From Candidatus Aveggerthella excrementigallinarum (GTDB lineage: Bacteria > Actinomycetota > Coriobacteriia > Coriobacteriales > Eggerthellaceae), in NCBI GenBank assembly GCA_018715725.1, contig DVLD01000012.1, positions 113 through 64,112 on the forward strand: DNA of 64,000 bases, written 5' to 3'. Below, piece after piece: positions 26,901 through 37,215 of the stretch; position 1 is the first letter of the stretch, and each line of letters begins with the position of its first letter. Both the position numbers and the translations under genes were made by a program. Below the pieces are notes generated by a model. It was not told where the DNA came from and searched no databases. It saw only the letters and a list, made by a program, of their open reading frames with translations.

Positions 26901-28274
26901 CTACAGCGTGATCAAGCCGAACGTCTGGGCCACGTAGGCAATCAAGATGAGTACGATGCAGATCGGAGCGATGAACTTGATCGTGACGGTCCACACCTTC
27001 TCGAGCTTGAACGCGGCGGACTCCTTCACCTCGTCGGCGATGACCTTCGGGCCGATGATCCAGCCGACGAAGATGCACGTCATGAGCGCCGCCAGCGGCA
27101 TCATGACGGAGTTGGACAGGAAGTCCATGAAGTCCAGGATGCTCGTGCCCTCGCCGAGCGGCTGGATGAACGCCAGGTTGCTGTAGCCCAGGTTCACGAT
27201 GAAGCCCACCACCGTGATGAAGATCACGGACAGCACGATGGCGCGCTTGCGGGTGCAGCCGGCGCCGTCATGGATGATGGAGACGCACGCCTCGGTCAGC
27301 GACACGGAGCTCGTGAGCGCCGCGAAGATGACCAGGATGAAGAACACAAAGCCGATGATGCCACCCGCGGCACCCATGTTGTTGAACACCTGCGGCAGGA
27401 TCACGAACATGAGGGACGGGCCGGCGTTCTGCGCCACCGCGTCGCCCGAGCCCAACGCTGCGAACGTGGCAGGAACCACCATAAGGCCCGCCAGCAGCGA
27501 GACCGCGAACGTGGTGCCGGCGATCTGCACGACGCTGGAGGTGAGCTTCTCCTTCTTCTCCAGGTAGGAGCCGTAGGTGAACATGATGCCCATGGCCAGC
27601 GACAGCGTGAAGAACGTTTGGCCCAACGCCGCGATAATGAGCTCGGGCGAGAACTTGCTCAAATCCGGGATCAGGTAGAACGCCAGGCCGTCGAGCGCGC
27701 CGGGCAGCGTGAGCGCGTAGATGCCGAGCGCCAACGACACCACGATGAGCGCGGGCATCATGACGAGGTTCGCCTTCTCGATGCCGTTGTTCACGCCAAG
27801 CGCCACGATGGCGTATGTGGCCACCATGAAGATGAGCATGAAGACCGCGCTCTCCCACCCGCTCGAGATGAAGCTATTAAAGTAGTCGCCGCCGTCGGCC
27901 AGCGCGGCAGGGCCGGCGCTCAGGTACGCGGTCATGTACTTGACCGTCCAGCCGCCGATGACGCAGTAGTACGGCACGATGATGAACGGCACGCACGACG
28001 CGAACACGCCGATGGGCGCGTACTTCTTGCCGAACGACTTGAACGCGCCGATGCAGCTCTGACCCGTTTTGCGGCCGAACGCCGTCTCCAAGAGCAGGAG
28101 CGCGATGCCAATGGTGAACACGAACACCAGGTACAGGAACAGGAACGTGCCGCCGCCGTATTTCGCGGCCAGGTACGGGAAGCGCCACATGCTGCCCAGG
28201 CCGACCGCCGAAGCGGCGCCCGCCAGCACGAACGCGAGCTTGTTCGACCACGTCGCTCGCTGAACGTTTGCCAT
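26901..28274 (-). CDS. Sodium-dependent transporter, NSS/SNF family
   Basis: ASAVGLGSMWRFPY, GGGTFL, GIEKAN and ALGQTFFTLSL motifs; TGGTACAAT -10 at 28380-28388. Confidence 0.93.
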   Translation of the reverse strand: MANVQRATWSNKLAFVLAGAASAVGLGSMWRFPYLAAKYGGGTFLFLYLVFVFTIGIALLLLETAFGRKTGQSCIGAFKSFGKKYAPIGVFASCVPFIIVPYYCVIGGWTVKYMTAYLSAGPAALADGGDYFNSFISSGWESAVFMLIFMVATYAIVALGVNNGIEKANLVMMPALIVVSLALGIYALTLPGALDGLAFYLIPDLSKFSPELIIAALGQTFFTLSLAMGIMFTYGSYLEKKEKLTSSVVQIAGTTFAVSLLAGLMVVPATFAALGSGDAVAQNAGPSLMFVILPQVFNNMGAAGGIIGFVFFILVIFAALTSSVSLTEACVSIIHDGAGCTRKRAIVLSVIFITVVGFIVNLGYSNLAFIQPLGEGTSILDFMDFLSNSVMMPLAALMTCIFVGWIIGPKVIADEVKESAAFKLEKVWTVTIKFIAPICIVLILIAYVAQTFGLITL

Positions 28275-28416
28275 GTCTTTCGTCCTCGCAATCTATCTAG
28301 CTCGCCCGTCACGGCTCCGGCGCGAAACGCGCCGGAGCCGTTCTCTCCATCGCGGGCAGGGTGAATCGCCGAATGTGCGATTGTACCAGGAAGCAAGCGG
28401 ACGAAGCCCATCTCCT

Positions 28417-29169
28417 CTAGAGCACCACGCCGAACGCGACGACTGCGGCGGTCAGCGCGAGCGCCGCGGCGTCGAGCGCGCCGAAGGGATAGTCGCGGTA
28501 GCCGGACGCGCGGTCGCGCAGGTAGAACCCGCGCGTCTCCGCCGCCAGCGCGCTCTGCTGCACGCGGCCGACCGAGCTTACGAGCATGGGTATGCACAGC
28601 GGCAGGATCAGGCTCACCTTGCGCAACGGGTTGCCGGTGTCGAACTCCACGCCGCGCGCAGTCTGCGCCTCCATGATCTGGCGCATCTCGCCCGTGAACA
28701 CGGGGATGAAGCGCAGTGCCGTGGTGAACGCGAACGCGTAATGGTACGGCAGGCGAGCCACCTTCACGAGTGCGTTCGAAAGGTCGCTCATGGGCGTGAG
28801 CGCCAGCATGAGCGCAAGCGGCATGGTCGCCACGATCAAGCGCAGGACCACCAGGAATGCCGTATGCACGCCCGCGTCGGTCACGAAGAAGAACACCGGC
28901 GTGCCCGAGCGGATGAACAGTACCTGGAGCACGAAGAGGAACACGCTCACCTTCACCAGGCCAGAGAGCAGGCGCAGCGTGCGCTGCGGGATGCCGCCCG
29001 CGCAGCCCGCTGCCACGTCGAGCGCGAGCAGCGCGCAGAGCGCCGGCAGACTTTCCGTCAGGAACGCCGCCACGCACGTGCAGAACGCGAAGACGATCTT
29101 CACGATGGGGTTCAGCCGGTGTACGACCGTCGTGCCCGGCGCGTAGTCCAGGATGCCGCCCATGATCAT
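28417..29169 (-). CDS. ECF transporter T component
   Basis: HRLNPIVK, ALRFIP, AQTARG and AAETRGF motifs. Confidence 0.9.
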   Translation of the reverse strand: MIMGGILDYAPGTTVVHRLNPIVKIVFAFCTCVAAFLTESLPALCALLALDVAAGCAGGIPQRTLRLLSGLVKVSVFLFVLQVLFIRSGTPVFFFVTDAGVHTAFLVVLRLIVATMPLALMLALTPMSDLSNALVKVARLPYHYAFAFTTALRFIPVFTGEMRQIMEAQTARGVEFDTGNPLRKVSLILPLCIPMLVSSVGRVQQSALAAETRGFYLRDRASGYRDYPFGALDAAALALTAAVVAFGVVL

Positions 29170-30179
29170 GCCTCACTTCCCGCGCACGCCGTCAACACGC
29201 GCGCATCCGTTGCGAACGCGTCGTCCTCGGGAGACTCCCCGCGGACGATCGCCTCCGCCGCTGCCACCACCTCGGCGGCCGCCCCTGCGCCGCGCGCGCA
29301 GGACGCCACGGCCGCCACCATGTCCCGCACGCCCATGACGCGGGAGAACGCCTCGGCAGAAGCGCTCCCCTCGCGCCCGAGGCCCTCTTCCAGGCGCAGG
29401 GCCAGCTCCACCATCTGCGGCGGCATGACCGAAGCGCACTCGAGAGCGGCGCGGTCGCGGAACACCTCTTCCGGCGTGCTGTCCGCCACGATGCGCCCGT
29501 TCGCCATGACCACCACGCGCTGCGCGAAGTCGGCGACGAGCTCCATGTCGTGGCAGACCATGATGACGGCGGTGCCGGCGTGGTTGAGCTCGCACACACG
29601 CGTCATGATGCGCGTGCACTCGCGGTAGTCCAGGCCCGTCGTCGGCTCGTCGAGGATGAGCACGCCGGGCTCCCCCGCCACCACCGACGCGAGCGCCAGA
29701 CGCTGCCGCTCGCCGCGGCTCAGCGCGAACGGCGACGCGTCCGCGGGCAGCCCGAAGTCCTCGGCCACGCGGGCGGCGCGCTCGTCGGCGCGCTCGGCGC
29801 CCTGCAAGCGCAGCCCGAAGGCGATCTCCTCGAGCACCGTGCCCTGGCAAATCTGCCGGTCGGGGTTCTGGAACAGCATGCCCACGCGCGCGGCGAGGGC
29901 GCTCGTACGCAGCTCGGTGGTGGGCACGCCGTCGATGCGCACCGTACCGGACTGCGGCTTCAACAGGCCGTTCGCCAGCTTGGAGAGCGTCGTTTTGCCC
30001 GCGCCGTTGTTCCCGATCACGGCGACGAACTCGCCCGGGTGCACGGCGAAGGAGACGTCGTGCACGCCCGAGGCGGGGCCCTGCGAAGCGTCCGCCGACC
30101 GCGCGCGGCCGAACAGCCCTTGCTTCGTCGGCGCGCCGTACTCGAACGTCACCTGGTCGAACTCGATGGCCGGAATCAT
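29166..30179 (-). CDS. ECF ATPase (EcfA')
   Basis: GNNGAGKT, FQNPD, LSRGERQR and LDEPTTGLD motifs. Confidence 0.9.
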   Translation of the reverse strand: MIPAIEFDQVTFEYGAPTKQGLFGRARSADASQGPASGVHDVSFAVHPGEFVAVIGNNGAGKTTLSKLANGLLKPQSGTVRIDGVPTTELRTSALAARVGMLFQNPDRQICQGTVLEEIAFGLRLQGAERADERAARVAEDFGLPADASPFALSRGERQRLALASVVAGEPGVLILDEPTTGLDYRECTRIMTRVCELNHAGTAVIMVCHDMELVADFAQRVVVMANGRIVADSTPEEVFRDRAALECASVMPPQMVELALRLEEGLGREGSASAEAFSRVMGVRDMVAAVASCARGAGAAAEVVAAAEAIVRGESPEDDAFATDARVLTACAGSEA

Positions 30180-31012
30180 GCGATCGCCTCCTTCACGAGG
30201 GCCTCGGCTTCGTCCACGTCAACGCATAGGCGGCCCGGGCCCACGCCCGCCGCCCGCAGGCCGAGCGAGAACGTGGTCACGCGCGGCACGTTCACGCCGA
30301 CCCCTTTCAAGTCGAGCGCCCGGGCCAGGATCGAGCGCGTCTCGCCGTAGAAGCTCAAGCGGCCGCCGTCCATGACCGCCAGGTGCCGCGCGAACTCGCC
30401 CAGGAGCATGATCTTCTGCTCGATGACCACAATGGTGGTGCCCTGCTCGTTCAGCGCGCGGAGCAGCTCGAAGACTTGGCGGGAGCTCTGCGGGTCCAGC
30501 TCGCCGGTGGGCTCGTCGAGCACGAGCGCCCGCGGCCGCAGCGCCAGCACCGCGGCGAGCGCCACCTTCTGCTTCTGGCCGCCGGACAGCGACGCGATCT
30601 CGCGGTGGCGCAGATCGGCGATGCCCACCTGCGCCAGGACTTCCGCGATGCGCGCCTCGCCTGCTTCGCGCGGCGCTCCGAAGTTCTCGAGCCCGAAGGC
30701 CACCTCGTCCTCGACGACGGTGGCGACCATCTGGGCGTCGATGTCCTGGAAGACGGCGCCCACCACGCGAGCGAGCTCGGTGAGGTCGGTCTCGAAGGTG
30801 TCGCGCCCGTCGACGCGCACGCTGCCGTAGAAGTCGCCGTGCAGGCTGTGCGGGATGGCTCCCATGGCGGCGTAGGCCAGCGTGGACTTGCCGGCGCCTG
30901 AGGGGCCGATGATGCCCAGGAAGTCACCGGATTCCACGCGCAGGCTCACGCCATCGAGCGCTTTGTACTGCGAGCCTTCGTAGGAGAAGGTCACGTCTTC
31001 GAACGCGATCAT
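30176..31012 (-). CDS. ECF ATPase (EcfA)
   Basis: GPSGAGKS, LSGGQKQ and LDEPTGELD motifs. Confidence 0.9.
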   Translation of the reverse strand: MIAFEDVTFSYEGSQYKALDGVSLRVESGDFLGIIGPSGAGKSTLAYAAMGAIPHSLHGDFYGSVRVDGRDTFETDLTELARVVGAVFQDIDAQMVATVVEDEVAFGLENFGAPREAGEARIAEVLAQVGIADLRHREIASLSGGQKQKVALAAVLALRPRALVLDEPTGELDPQSSRQVFELLRALNEQGTTIVVIEQKIMLLGEFARHLAVMDGGRLSFYGETRSILARALDLKGVGVNVPRVTTFSLGLRAAGVGPGRLCVDVDEAEALVKEAIA

Positions 31013-31054
31013 CGCTCACCCTCCTTCGCGGTGTGCCGTACGGACAATCTGCTG

Positions 31055-31699
31055 CTACGCCGCGGCGCCCGCCGGAGCGGCGGCGTCCTTCTTCAGGACC
31101 TTGCGCAGCGGCAGGTACAGCGCCTGGACGATGACGGTGTTGATGACGGCGGTGCAAAGCACGATGGGCACGTAGGCCACCATGGCGGAGGCGTCGGCGC
31201 CGGCGAACAGGAACAGGCACACGGTGTAGACGCTGCCGGAGATCACGGTGGAGACGAACGTGGCGACCGGCGCCTTGATGTCGAGCTTGCCGAGCTTCAT
31301 CGGCAGGAGGATGAGCGCGCCCATCGCCGTAGCGCCGCACAGCTCGGAGATGAAGTTGATGTAGGGCGTGCCCGGCAGGACCTGGCAGACCGCGCCGGCG
31401 AGCAGGCCGATGACCGCCGCCTGGCCGACCTTCGGCCGCACGAGCAGGATGGCCAGGCAATACATGGCGATGATGAAGTTCGGTTTCATGCCGGCGATGT
31501 TGACGACCGAGCCGACCGTCATCTTGAGCACGGCGCCGGCTGCCAGGAGCACGGCGACCAGGATGAGCGACGCCACGTCGAAGCTACCCGAGCGGCGCGC
31601 GGCCGACGTCGCGTTCAGCGTGCGCTTGCGCTGCTCGGCAGACGTGCTGGTCGCGTCGTTGTTGATGGAGGTGCGGGTGGAATTGGTGTTCGCGGTCAT
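31055..31699 (-). CDS. ECF S component, TrpP-like tryptophan transporter
   Basis: About 5-6 TMs with a GMKPNFIIAMY motif resembling TrpP; preceded by a Trp T-box. Confidence 0.75.
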   Translation of the reverse strand: MTANTNSTRTSINNDATSTSAEQRKRTLNATSAARRSGSFDVASLILVAVLLAAGAVLKMTVGSVVNIAGMKPNFIIAMYCLAILLVRPKVGQAAVIGLLAGAVCQVLPGTPYINFISELCGATAMGALILLPMKLGKLDIKAPVATFVSTVISGSVYTVCLFLFAGADASAMVAYVPIVLCTAVINTVIVQALYLPLRKVLKKDAAAPAGAAA

Positions 31700-31834
31700 G
31701 GTGATCGCTCCTTTCTTGGCGCTGCGCGCCGGTCATGTCCGTCCCCGGACGTTTGGAAACGCCAACCGAAACGCGTTTCCGTGCTTGCATGCCGGCACGA
31801 GCCTGAAAGGAGCGACGTCGAGGGTGCCCCGAAA

Positions 31835-32108
31835 AACAAAAACGACCTGTCCTTCGGTCAAAGGACAGGTCGTCAAAAACCTGCGGTGCCACCTTTGTTG
31901 ACCCTCGACGGGCCCACTCACGAAAATGCCAACACATTTTCTGTCATTAACGCAGACTCACGGTCCAGATACTCAGCCTCCGGAACCCCTTCGGCCTTTC
32001 CCCTTTCCCTCGGCGAACCATTATGCTACCCGGCTTACTGCGGAACTCTCAGCGCCGTCCACTCTCTGTGAGCGCCTGGCGGTAGTTTTACTCTCGCCTC
32101 AAAGGTTT
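31835..32108 (-). ncRNA. T-box riboswitch, tryptophan-specific, transcription-termination type
   Basis: AGUA loop, AGAGAG and GCUGAGAG boxes, specifier UGG at 32020-32018, T-box AAGGUGGCACCGC at 31895-31883, terminator stem at 31838-31873 with a U-run. Confidence 0.88.
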
Positions 32109-32187
32109 GGTGTATTCGGTTGTTGGGCAAGCATGATGCCGGATGCCGCCCTGCGCGTCAACCCCATTTTGCAAGCGCATAGCACGC

Positions 32188-32220
32188 AAAAAGGCGAGCG
32201 GCGCTGAAGCGCCGCTCGCT
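32188..32220 (-). terminator. Intrinsic terminator after the small acidic protein gene
   Basis: GCGAGCGGCGC/GCGCCGCTCGC stem plus an A-run. Confidence 0.75.
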
Positions 32221-32252
32221 CACAATGCACACGGTTGACGGGATGCGGAGGT

Positions 32253-32510
32253 TTACTCCTTGTCGCCGCCGAAGATGCCCTCGAGCACGCCGCCCAGGCC
32301 TTCCTGCGCGCCCTCGACCAGACCGCTCGCCCCTTCGGCGATGCTGCCCAAATCAACGTTCTCGGCGATGCCGCCGATGGCGTCCTGCGCGCCCTCGACG
32401 ATACCGCCCAGGTCAACGCCCTCGGTCACGTTGCCCAGCGCGTCCTGCGCGCCTTCGACCGCGTTGCCCGCCATGTCACCAATCTGGCCCAGAATATCCT
32501 GCAAAGCCAT
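32253..32510 (-). CDS. Small acidic Gly/Ala-rich repeat protein (85 aa)
   Basis: GAAAGGAG RBS, own -10 (GGTACAAT near 32586) and terminator; VEGAQ repeats. Confidence 0.8.
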   Translation of the reverse strand: MALQDILGQIGDMAGNAVEGAQDALGNVTEGVDLGGIVEGAQDAIGGIAENVDLGSIAEGASGLVEGAQEGLGGVLEGIFGGDKE

Positions 32511-32753
32511 GAGAGCTCCTTTCATCGTCGGCGCGCCGAGCCCACACCCGTGCGCCTCCTGCACGCCGCGCTGTCATTGCGCGCCATTGTACCGTCCGCG
32601 CAGAGCCCGGAGAGAAGCTGTCACCAGAATTTGAACCAGGAGATTCCTTCTTGCAGCGCCACGAACGCCGGCGAAAGGCGCACCGGGGGGATCTCCCTCT
32701 CGGTGCGCCCGCCCGCACGGCGAGGCGCCGCCCCTGCCGCGCGGGGGCGCTCT

Positions 32754-35222
32754 TTAGCCGCGAACCTCGGCGCCGGTGGCGGCGCAGACCTTCTTCACGA
32801 GCTTCTCGTGGGCCTTCTCGACCTCTTCGCTCGTGAGCGTGCGGTCGGCCGCGCGGTATGCAAGCGCGTAGGCCATGGACTTCTTGCCCGCGCCCAGGCG
32901 CGTTTCGTCACGGTAGACGTCGAACAGGCGCGCGTCCTCCAGCAGCTTGCCGCCCGCCGAGGACATGCACTGCACGAGGCGCTCGTGGGTGACATCCTCG
33001 CCCACCACGAAGGCCACGTCCATGGTCACGGCCGGGAACTGCGGCACGTCCACGTAGGGGCGCGACGGCTGGCTTTCGCGCACGAGCGCCGCTATATCGA
33101 GCTCGAAGGCGACGACCGGGCCGTTCACCTCGAACGCGGCCACGGCGAGCGGATGCAGCTCGCCCACCCAGCCGAGCACCGTGCCACCGGCCATGACCTG
33201 CGCGGCACGGCCAGGCTGCAGGTGCGGCGCCTCTTCAGCGGAGAGCGCCTTCACGCGGAACTTCGGCAACGCCAGCTCGCGCGCGAGGCTTTCCACGACG
33301 CCCTTGCCGTCGAAGAAGTCGAAGGCGGCATGCTGGACGTTCCAGCCGTCTTCGCCCATGGCGCCCACGAGCACGCCGGCCACGCGCTTGCGCTCCTTCG
33401 GCAGCTGGCGGCCTTCGCCGGCATGGAAGGTGTTGCCGATCTCGTAGAGCTGGATGTTCTTCACGCCGTGCGCCTGGTTGTGCGCCACGCTGCGCAAAAG
33501 GCCCGGGATGACGCTCCGGCGCAGGACGGACTGCTCGGCGTTCATGGGGTTGATGAGCTCCACCGGATCGCCCAGGCCCTCCGGGCTCATGCGCAGGCGC
33601 TCCAGGTCGTCGGGCATGGCGAAGGAGTAGGTCATGGTCTCGTTCATGCCGCTTGCGCGCAGCGTGCGGTTCACGACGTCGAGCTTGAGCTCCTCGACGC
33701 TGCGCACGCCGACGCGCCCCGGGCCGCCCGGCAGCGTGGAGGGCACGCGGTCCATGCCCCACAGGCGTAGGACCTCTTCGTACAGGTCGATTTCGCGCTC
33801 GAGATCGGGGCGGAACGTGGGAGCCACGACGGCCAACACGTCGGCGTCGTCGGTGGCGGAGACCTCGCAGCCCAGGCGCGCCAGGATGTCCTCGATGAAC
33901 GCGCGCGGGATCTCGGCGCCCATCATCTTCTGGAAGCGCGGGATGCGGAACGCAAGGTGCGGCGCTTCGGTCTGGCGCGGCCAGACGTCAACGATGCCCG
34001 CGCCGTCGCCCAGCACGCGGCTCACGGTGCCGCCGGCGACCTCCACTATGAGCGCCGCCGCGGCCGCGGAGCGCGCTTCGATGCCGTGGTCGTCCACGCC
34101 GCGCTCGTAGCGCATGGAGCTTTCGGAGATCAGGCCCAGGTTGCGGCTCGTGCGGCTCGTGCGGCCCGCTTCGAAGGCGGCGGCCTCCAGCAGGATGTCC
34201 GTCGTCTCTTCCGTGACCTCCGTCTCCAGGCCGCCCATGACGCCCGCAAGCGCCACCGCGCGCTCGGGCGTGGCAATGACGGTCATGTCGGACGTGAGCG
34301 TGCGCTCTTCGCCGTCCAGCGTGGTCAGGACCTCGCCGTCGCGCGCCGCGCGCACGATGACGTGCGCCGTGCCGTCGGCGCTCTTGAGCTTGTTCAGGTC
34401 GAAAGCGTGCAGCGGCTGGCCGAGCAGGAACAGGATGTAGTTCGTCACGTCAACGATGTTGTTGATGGAGCGTTGCCCGATGGCGGCCAGGCGCTCGACC
34501 ATCCAGTCGGGGCTCGGGCCCACTTTCACGCCGCGGATGACGCGGGCGGAGTAGCGCGGGCAGCGCACGTCGTCCTCGATCTCGACGGTGGCGTCGGACG
34601 CCGCCGGGTCGCCCTCGCCCGAGAGCTCCAGGCGCGCGGCCATCTCGGCGAGCGGGTTGGCCCAATCCTGTTGGTACATGGCGCCCACCTCGCGCGCGAA
34701 GCCCGCGATGGAGAGGCTGTCAGGGCGATTCGGCGTGATCTCCAGGTCGAGCACCGTGTCGGAAAGCTGCAGGTAGTCGGCGATCGGCTGGCCCACCGGC
34801 GCGTCATCGGGCAGCACCCAGATGCCGGAATGGTCCGTGCCCATGCCCAACTCGCGCTTCGAGCAGCACATGCCCAGGCTCACCACACCGCGCAGCTTCG
34901 ACTTCTTGATCTTGAAATCGCCCGGCAGGACGGCGCCCACCGTGGCCACCGGCACCTTGATGCCGGCCGCGATGTTCGGCGCGCCGCAGACGATCTGCAC
35001 CGGATCGCCCGCGCCCACGTCCACCGTGACCACGTGCATGTGGTCGGAATCGGGGTGCTCCTCACAGGTGAGCACATGGCCGACCACCACGCCGTCGAAC
35101 TGGGCGCCCGTCTTCTCGACGCCTTCCACGCCCGTGCCCGTCAGATCAAGCCGGTCGCAGAACTCCTTGATATCAGCAGGCACCTCCACATACTCGGAGA
35201 GCCACTTCAGGGAAACTTTCAT
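32754..35222 (-). CDS. pheT: Phenylalanine--tRNA ligase beta subunit
   Basis: MKVSLKWL, QIVCGAPN, EITPNRPD, RPDLEREIDLYEE motifs and C-terminal anticodon-binding domain. Confidence 0.98.
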   Translation of the reverse strand: MKVSLKWLSEYVEVPADIKEFCDRLDLTGTGVEGVEKTGAQFDGVVVGHVLTCEEHPDSDHMHVVTVDVGAGDPVQIVCGAPNIAAGIKVPVATVGAVLPGDFKIKKSKLRGVVSLGMCCSKRELGMGTDHSGIWVLPDDAPVGQPIADYLQLSDTVLDLEITPNRPDSLSIAGFAREVGAMYQQDWANPLAEMAARLELSGEGDPAASDATVEIEDDVRCPRYSARVIRGVKVGPSPDWMVERLAAIGQRSINNIVDVTNYILFLLGQPLHAFDLNKLKSADGTAHVIVRAARDGEVLTTLDGEERTLTSDMTVIATPERAVALAGVMGGLETEVTEETTDILLEAAAFEAGRTSRTSRNLGLISESSMRYERGVDDHGIEARSAAAAALIVEVAGGTVSRVLGDGAGIVDVWPRQTEAPHLAFRIPRFQKMMGAEIPRAFIEDILARLGCEVSATDDADVLAVVAPTFRPDLEREIDLYEEVLRLWGMDRVPSTLPGGPGRVGVRSVEELKLDVVNRTLRASGMNETMTYSFAMPDDLERLRMSPEGLGDPVELINPMNAEQSVLRRSVIPGLLRSVAHNQAHGVKNIQLYEIGNTFHAGEGRQLPKERKRVAGVLVGAMGEDGWNVQHAAFDFFDGKGVVESLARELALPKFRVKALSAEEAPHLQPGRAAQVMAGGTVLGWVGELHPLAVAAFEVNGPVVAFELDIAALVRESQPSRPYVDVPQFPAVTMDVAFVVGEDVTHERLVQCMSSAGGKLLEDARLFDVYRDETRLGAGKKSMAYALAYRAADRTLTSEEVEKAHEKLVKKVCAATGAEVRG

Positions 35223-35448
35223 GTATCTTCCTTTTCCCGCTTACGCCGCCCGAGGTCTTCGGCGGCAGAAACCGTTTGTTCAAAACGCATGCTTTCGCGC
35301 AATTCCTCGCGAGACAAGCGTCGGGATCGGCGCTGTGCCCATAATGCGAGTTCCGCACGAGCCGAGCATGCCGTTCCCGGCATGTTCGCGCGAGCCCAGG
35401 ACCGTCCGAGCGACTGGACATGGCGCCGAGCCCGACGCGTTCTCGCGG

Positions 35449-36513
35449 TTAGAATTGACGCAAGAAGCGCATGTCGCCTTCGACCAGCATGCGCAGATCC
35501 GGCACGTTGTACTTCAGGCAGGCGATGCGCTCCACGCCCATGCCGAACGCGAAACCGGAGTACTTCTCCGGGTCGATGCCGGCGTAACCGTAGACGTTCG
35601 GGTCCACCATGCCACAGCCCAGAATCTCCAGCCAGCCCGTGCCCTTGCAGAAACGGCAGCCTTCGCCGTGGCAGATACCGCAGCTCACGTCCACTTCCGC
35701 GGACGGCTCGGTGAACGGGAAGTAGTGCGCGCGGAAGCGGGTCTTGCGCTCTTCGCCGAAGATCTGCTTGCAGACGTACTCGAGCGTGCCCTTCAGGTCG
35801 CCGAACGTGATGCCCTCGTCCACGACCAGGCCTTCGATCTGGTGGAACTGCGGCAGGTGGGACGGGTCGGCCACGTCGCGGCGGTAGACCTTGCCGGGGC
35901 TGATGATGTAGATGGGCGGCTTCTGCGCCTCCATGACGCGCGCCTGGACCGGCGAGGTCTGGGTGCGCAGCAGAACGCTCGACTCGCCCTTGACGTGCAC
36001 GTGCGCGTCGTCGGAGCGGTCGACCACGTAGAACGTGTCGGCCAGGCCACGGCTCGGGTGGTCCTCCGGCGCGTTCAGGGCGTTGAAGTTGTAGTACTCG
36101 GTCTCGACCTCAGGGCCGTTGGCGATGGAATAGCCCAGGCCGAGGAAGATCTCGGCGATCTCGTCCGCAATGCGGTTGATGAGATGGCGCGTGCCCAGCT
36201 GCTGCACGCGGCCCGGCAGCGTCACGTCCACGGCGCTCGCGCTGATGGACGCCTCGAGCTCCGCCGCCGCCAGGGCGGTCTTGCGCGCTTCGAGGGCGGC
36301 CTCCACCTCCTGATGCGCCTGGTTCACGGTCTTGCCCACCGTGGCTCGCTCCTCCGGCGGAATCTGGCCCATGGAGCGCAGGTAGCCCGTGAGCGAGCCT
36401 TTCTTGCCAAGGACGGCCACGCGCACTTCTTCGAGCTGCGCGGTCGTCTCGGCCGCCGCGATGTCGCCGAGCACACGCTCGCGCAACGCGACGATCTCTT
36501 CTGCAACCGACAT
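35449..36513 (-). CDS. pheS: Phenylalanine--tRNA ligase alpha subunit
   Basis: LGKKG, NFNALN, LLRTQTSPVQ, YFPFTEPS and GFAFGMGVER motifs. Confidence 0.98.
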   Translation of the reverse strand: MSVAEEIVALRERVLGDIAAAETTAQLEEVRVAVLGKKGSLTGYLRSMGQIPPEERATVGKTVNQAHQEVEAALEARKTALAAAELEASISASAVDVTLPGRVQQLGTRHLINRIADEIAEIFLGLGYSIANGPEVETEYYNFNALNAPEDHPSRGLADTFYVVDRSDDAHVHVKGESSVLLRTQTSPVQARVMEAQKPPIYIISPGKVYRRDVADPSHLPQFHQIEGLVVDEGITFGDLKGTLEYVCKQIFGEERKTRFRAHYFPFTEPSAEVDVSCGICHGEGCRFCKGTGWLEILGCGMVDPNVYGYAGIDPEKYSGFAFGMGVERIACLKYNVPDLRMLVEGDMRFLRQF

Positions 36514-36639
36514 ACTTCGCCTTTCGTTCGGTGGCCGCACGGGCGCCCTCCTCCCAGCCCGCACCCCTGCCCGGAACCTCAGCCCGGCGCCGACGACGTG
36601 CGAGCGGGCGGCGCGAACAGCCCCTGCGACCGCTGCCAA

Positions 36640-36960
36640 CAAAAAAGCCGCTTCCCGTCCAACCCAAGGACGAGAAGCGGCTCTCGCGGTACCACCCTGG
36701 TTGCCGACTCGACCCGCCACGGCCTCGCGCTCGGACGCCCGCAGGCGGCGTTCGCGCGATGCCGCGGCCGGCTTCGCCGACCACTCTTCGCCCTGTGACG
36801 GGAGCACCCGGCGCCCCTACTGACATCCGCCGCTCGCGCGGCCCTGCGTTCAGGTTGCTGCTCGGAAGGGAATCGCCGTGCTGTTTCGCTGGGCCCTTTC
36901 AGCCGAGAGGCCCTCTCTGGAAGCGAAGCGTGCGCGCGGCGCTGTCTTCGTCTGCGCATT
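36640..36960 (-). ncRNA. T-box riboswitch, phenylalanine-specific
   Basis: AGAGAG and GCUGAAAG boxes, specifier UUC at 36872-36870, T-box AGGGUGGUACCGC at 36698-36686, terminator at 36641-36682; upstream of pheS. Confidence 0.92.
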
Positions 36961-37215
36961 TGGTTCTTCGGATTTCAAAGTTTCCCGATTGTAGCGCAAG
37001 GCCGGCGCTCGGGAAAGCGCTCACGCCCAAAAGCCACAGCGTCGAAACACGACGGCATGCGGGCTGCGCACGACGAATCGCGCGCTCGCACGCAGCCCGC
37101 TCCCTCGCGCGGCACAAACCCGCGCACCGCGCCCGAGTCCATACGAAAGCGCCCACGGCAAGAAGGCCGCGGGCGCCGTACGTTTCGATTTCGAGCCCGA
37201 CCGCTCTTTCGGCGG

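Noticed and set aside
35223-35448. 226-bp pheS-pheT gap as a small gene or ncRNA
   Set aside because: Only a short hairpin (about 35364-35388) is visible; there is no ORF with an RBS and no recognisable RNA motif.
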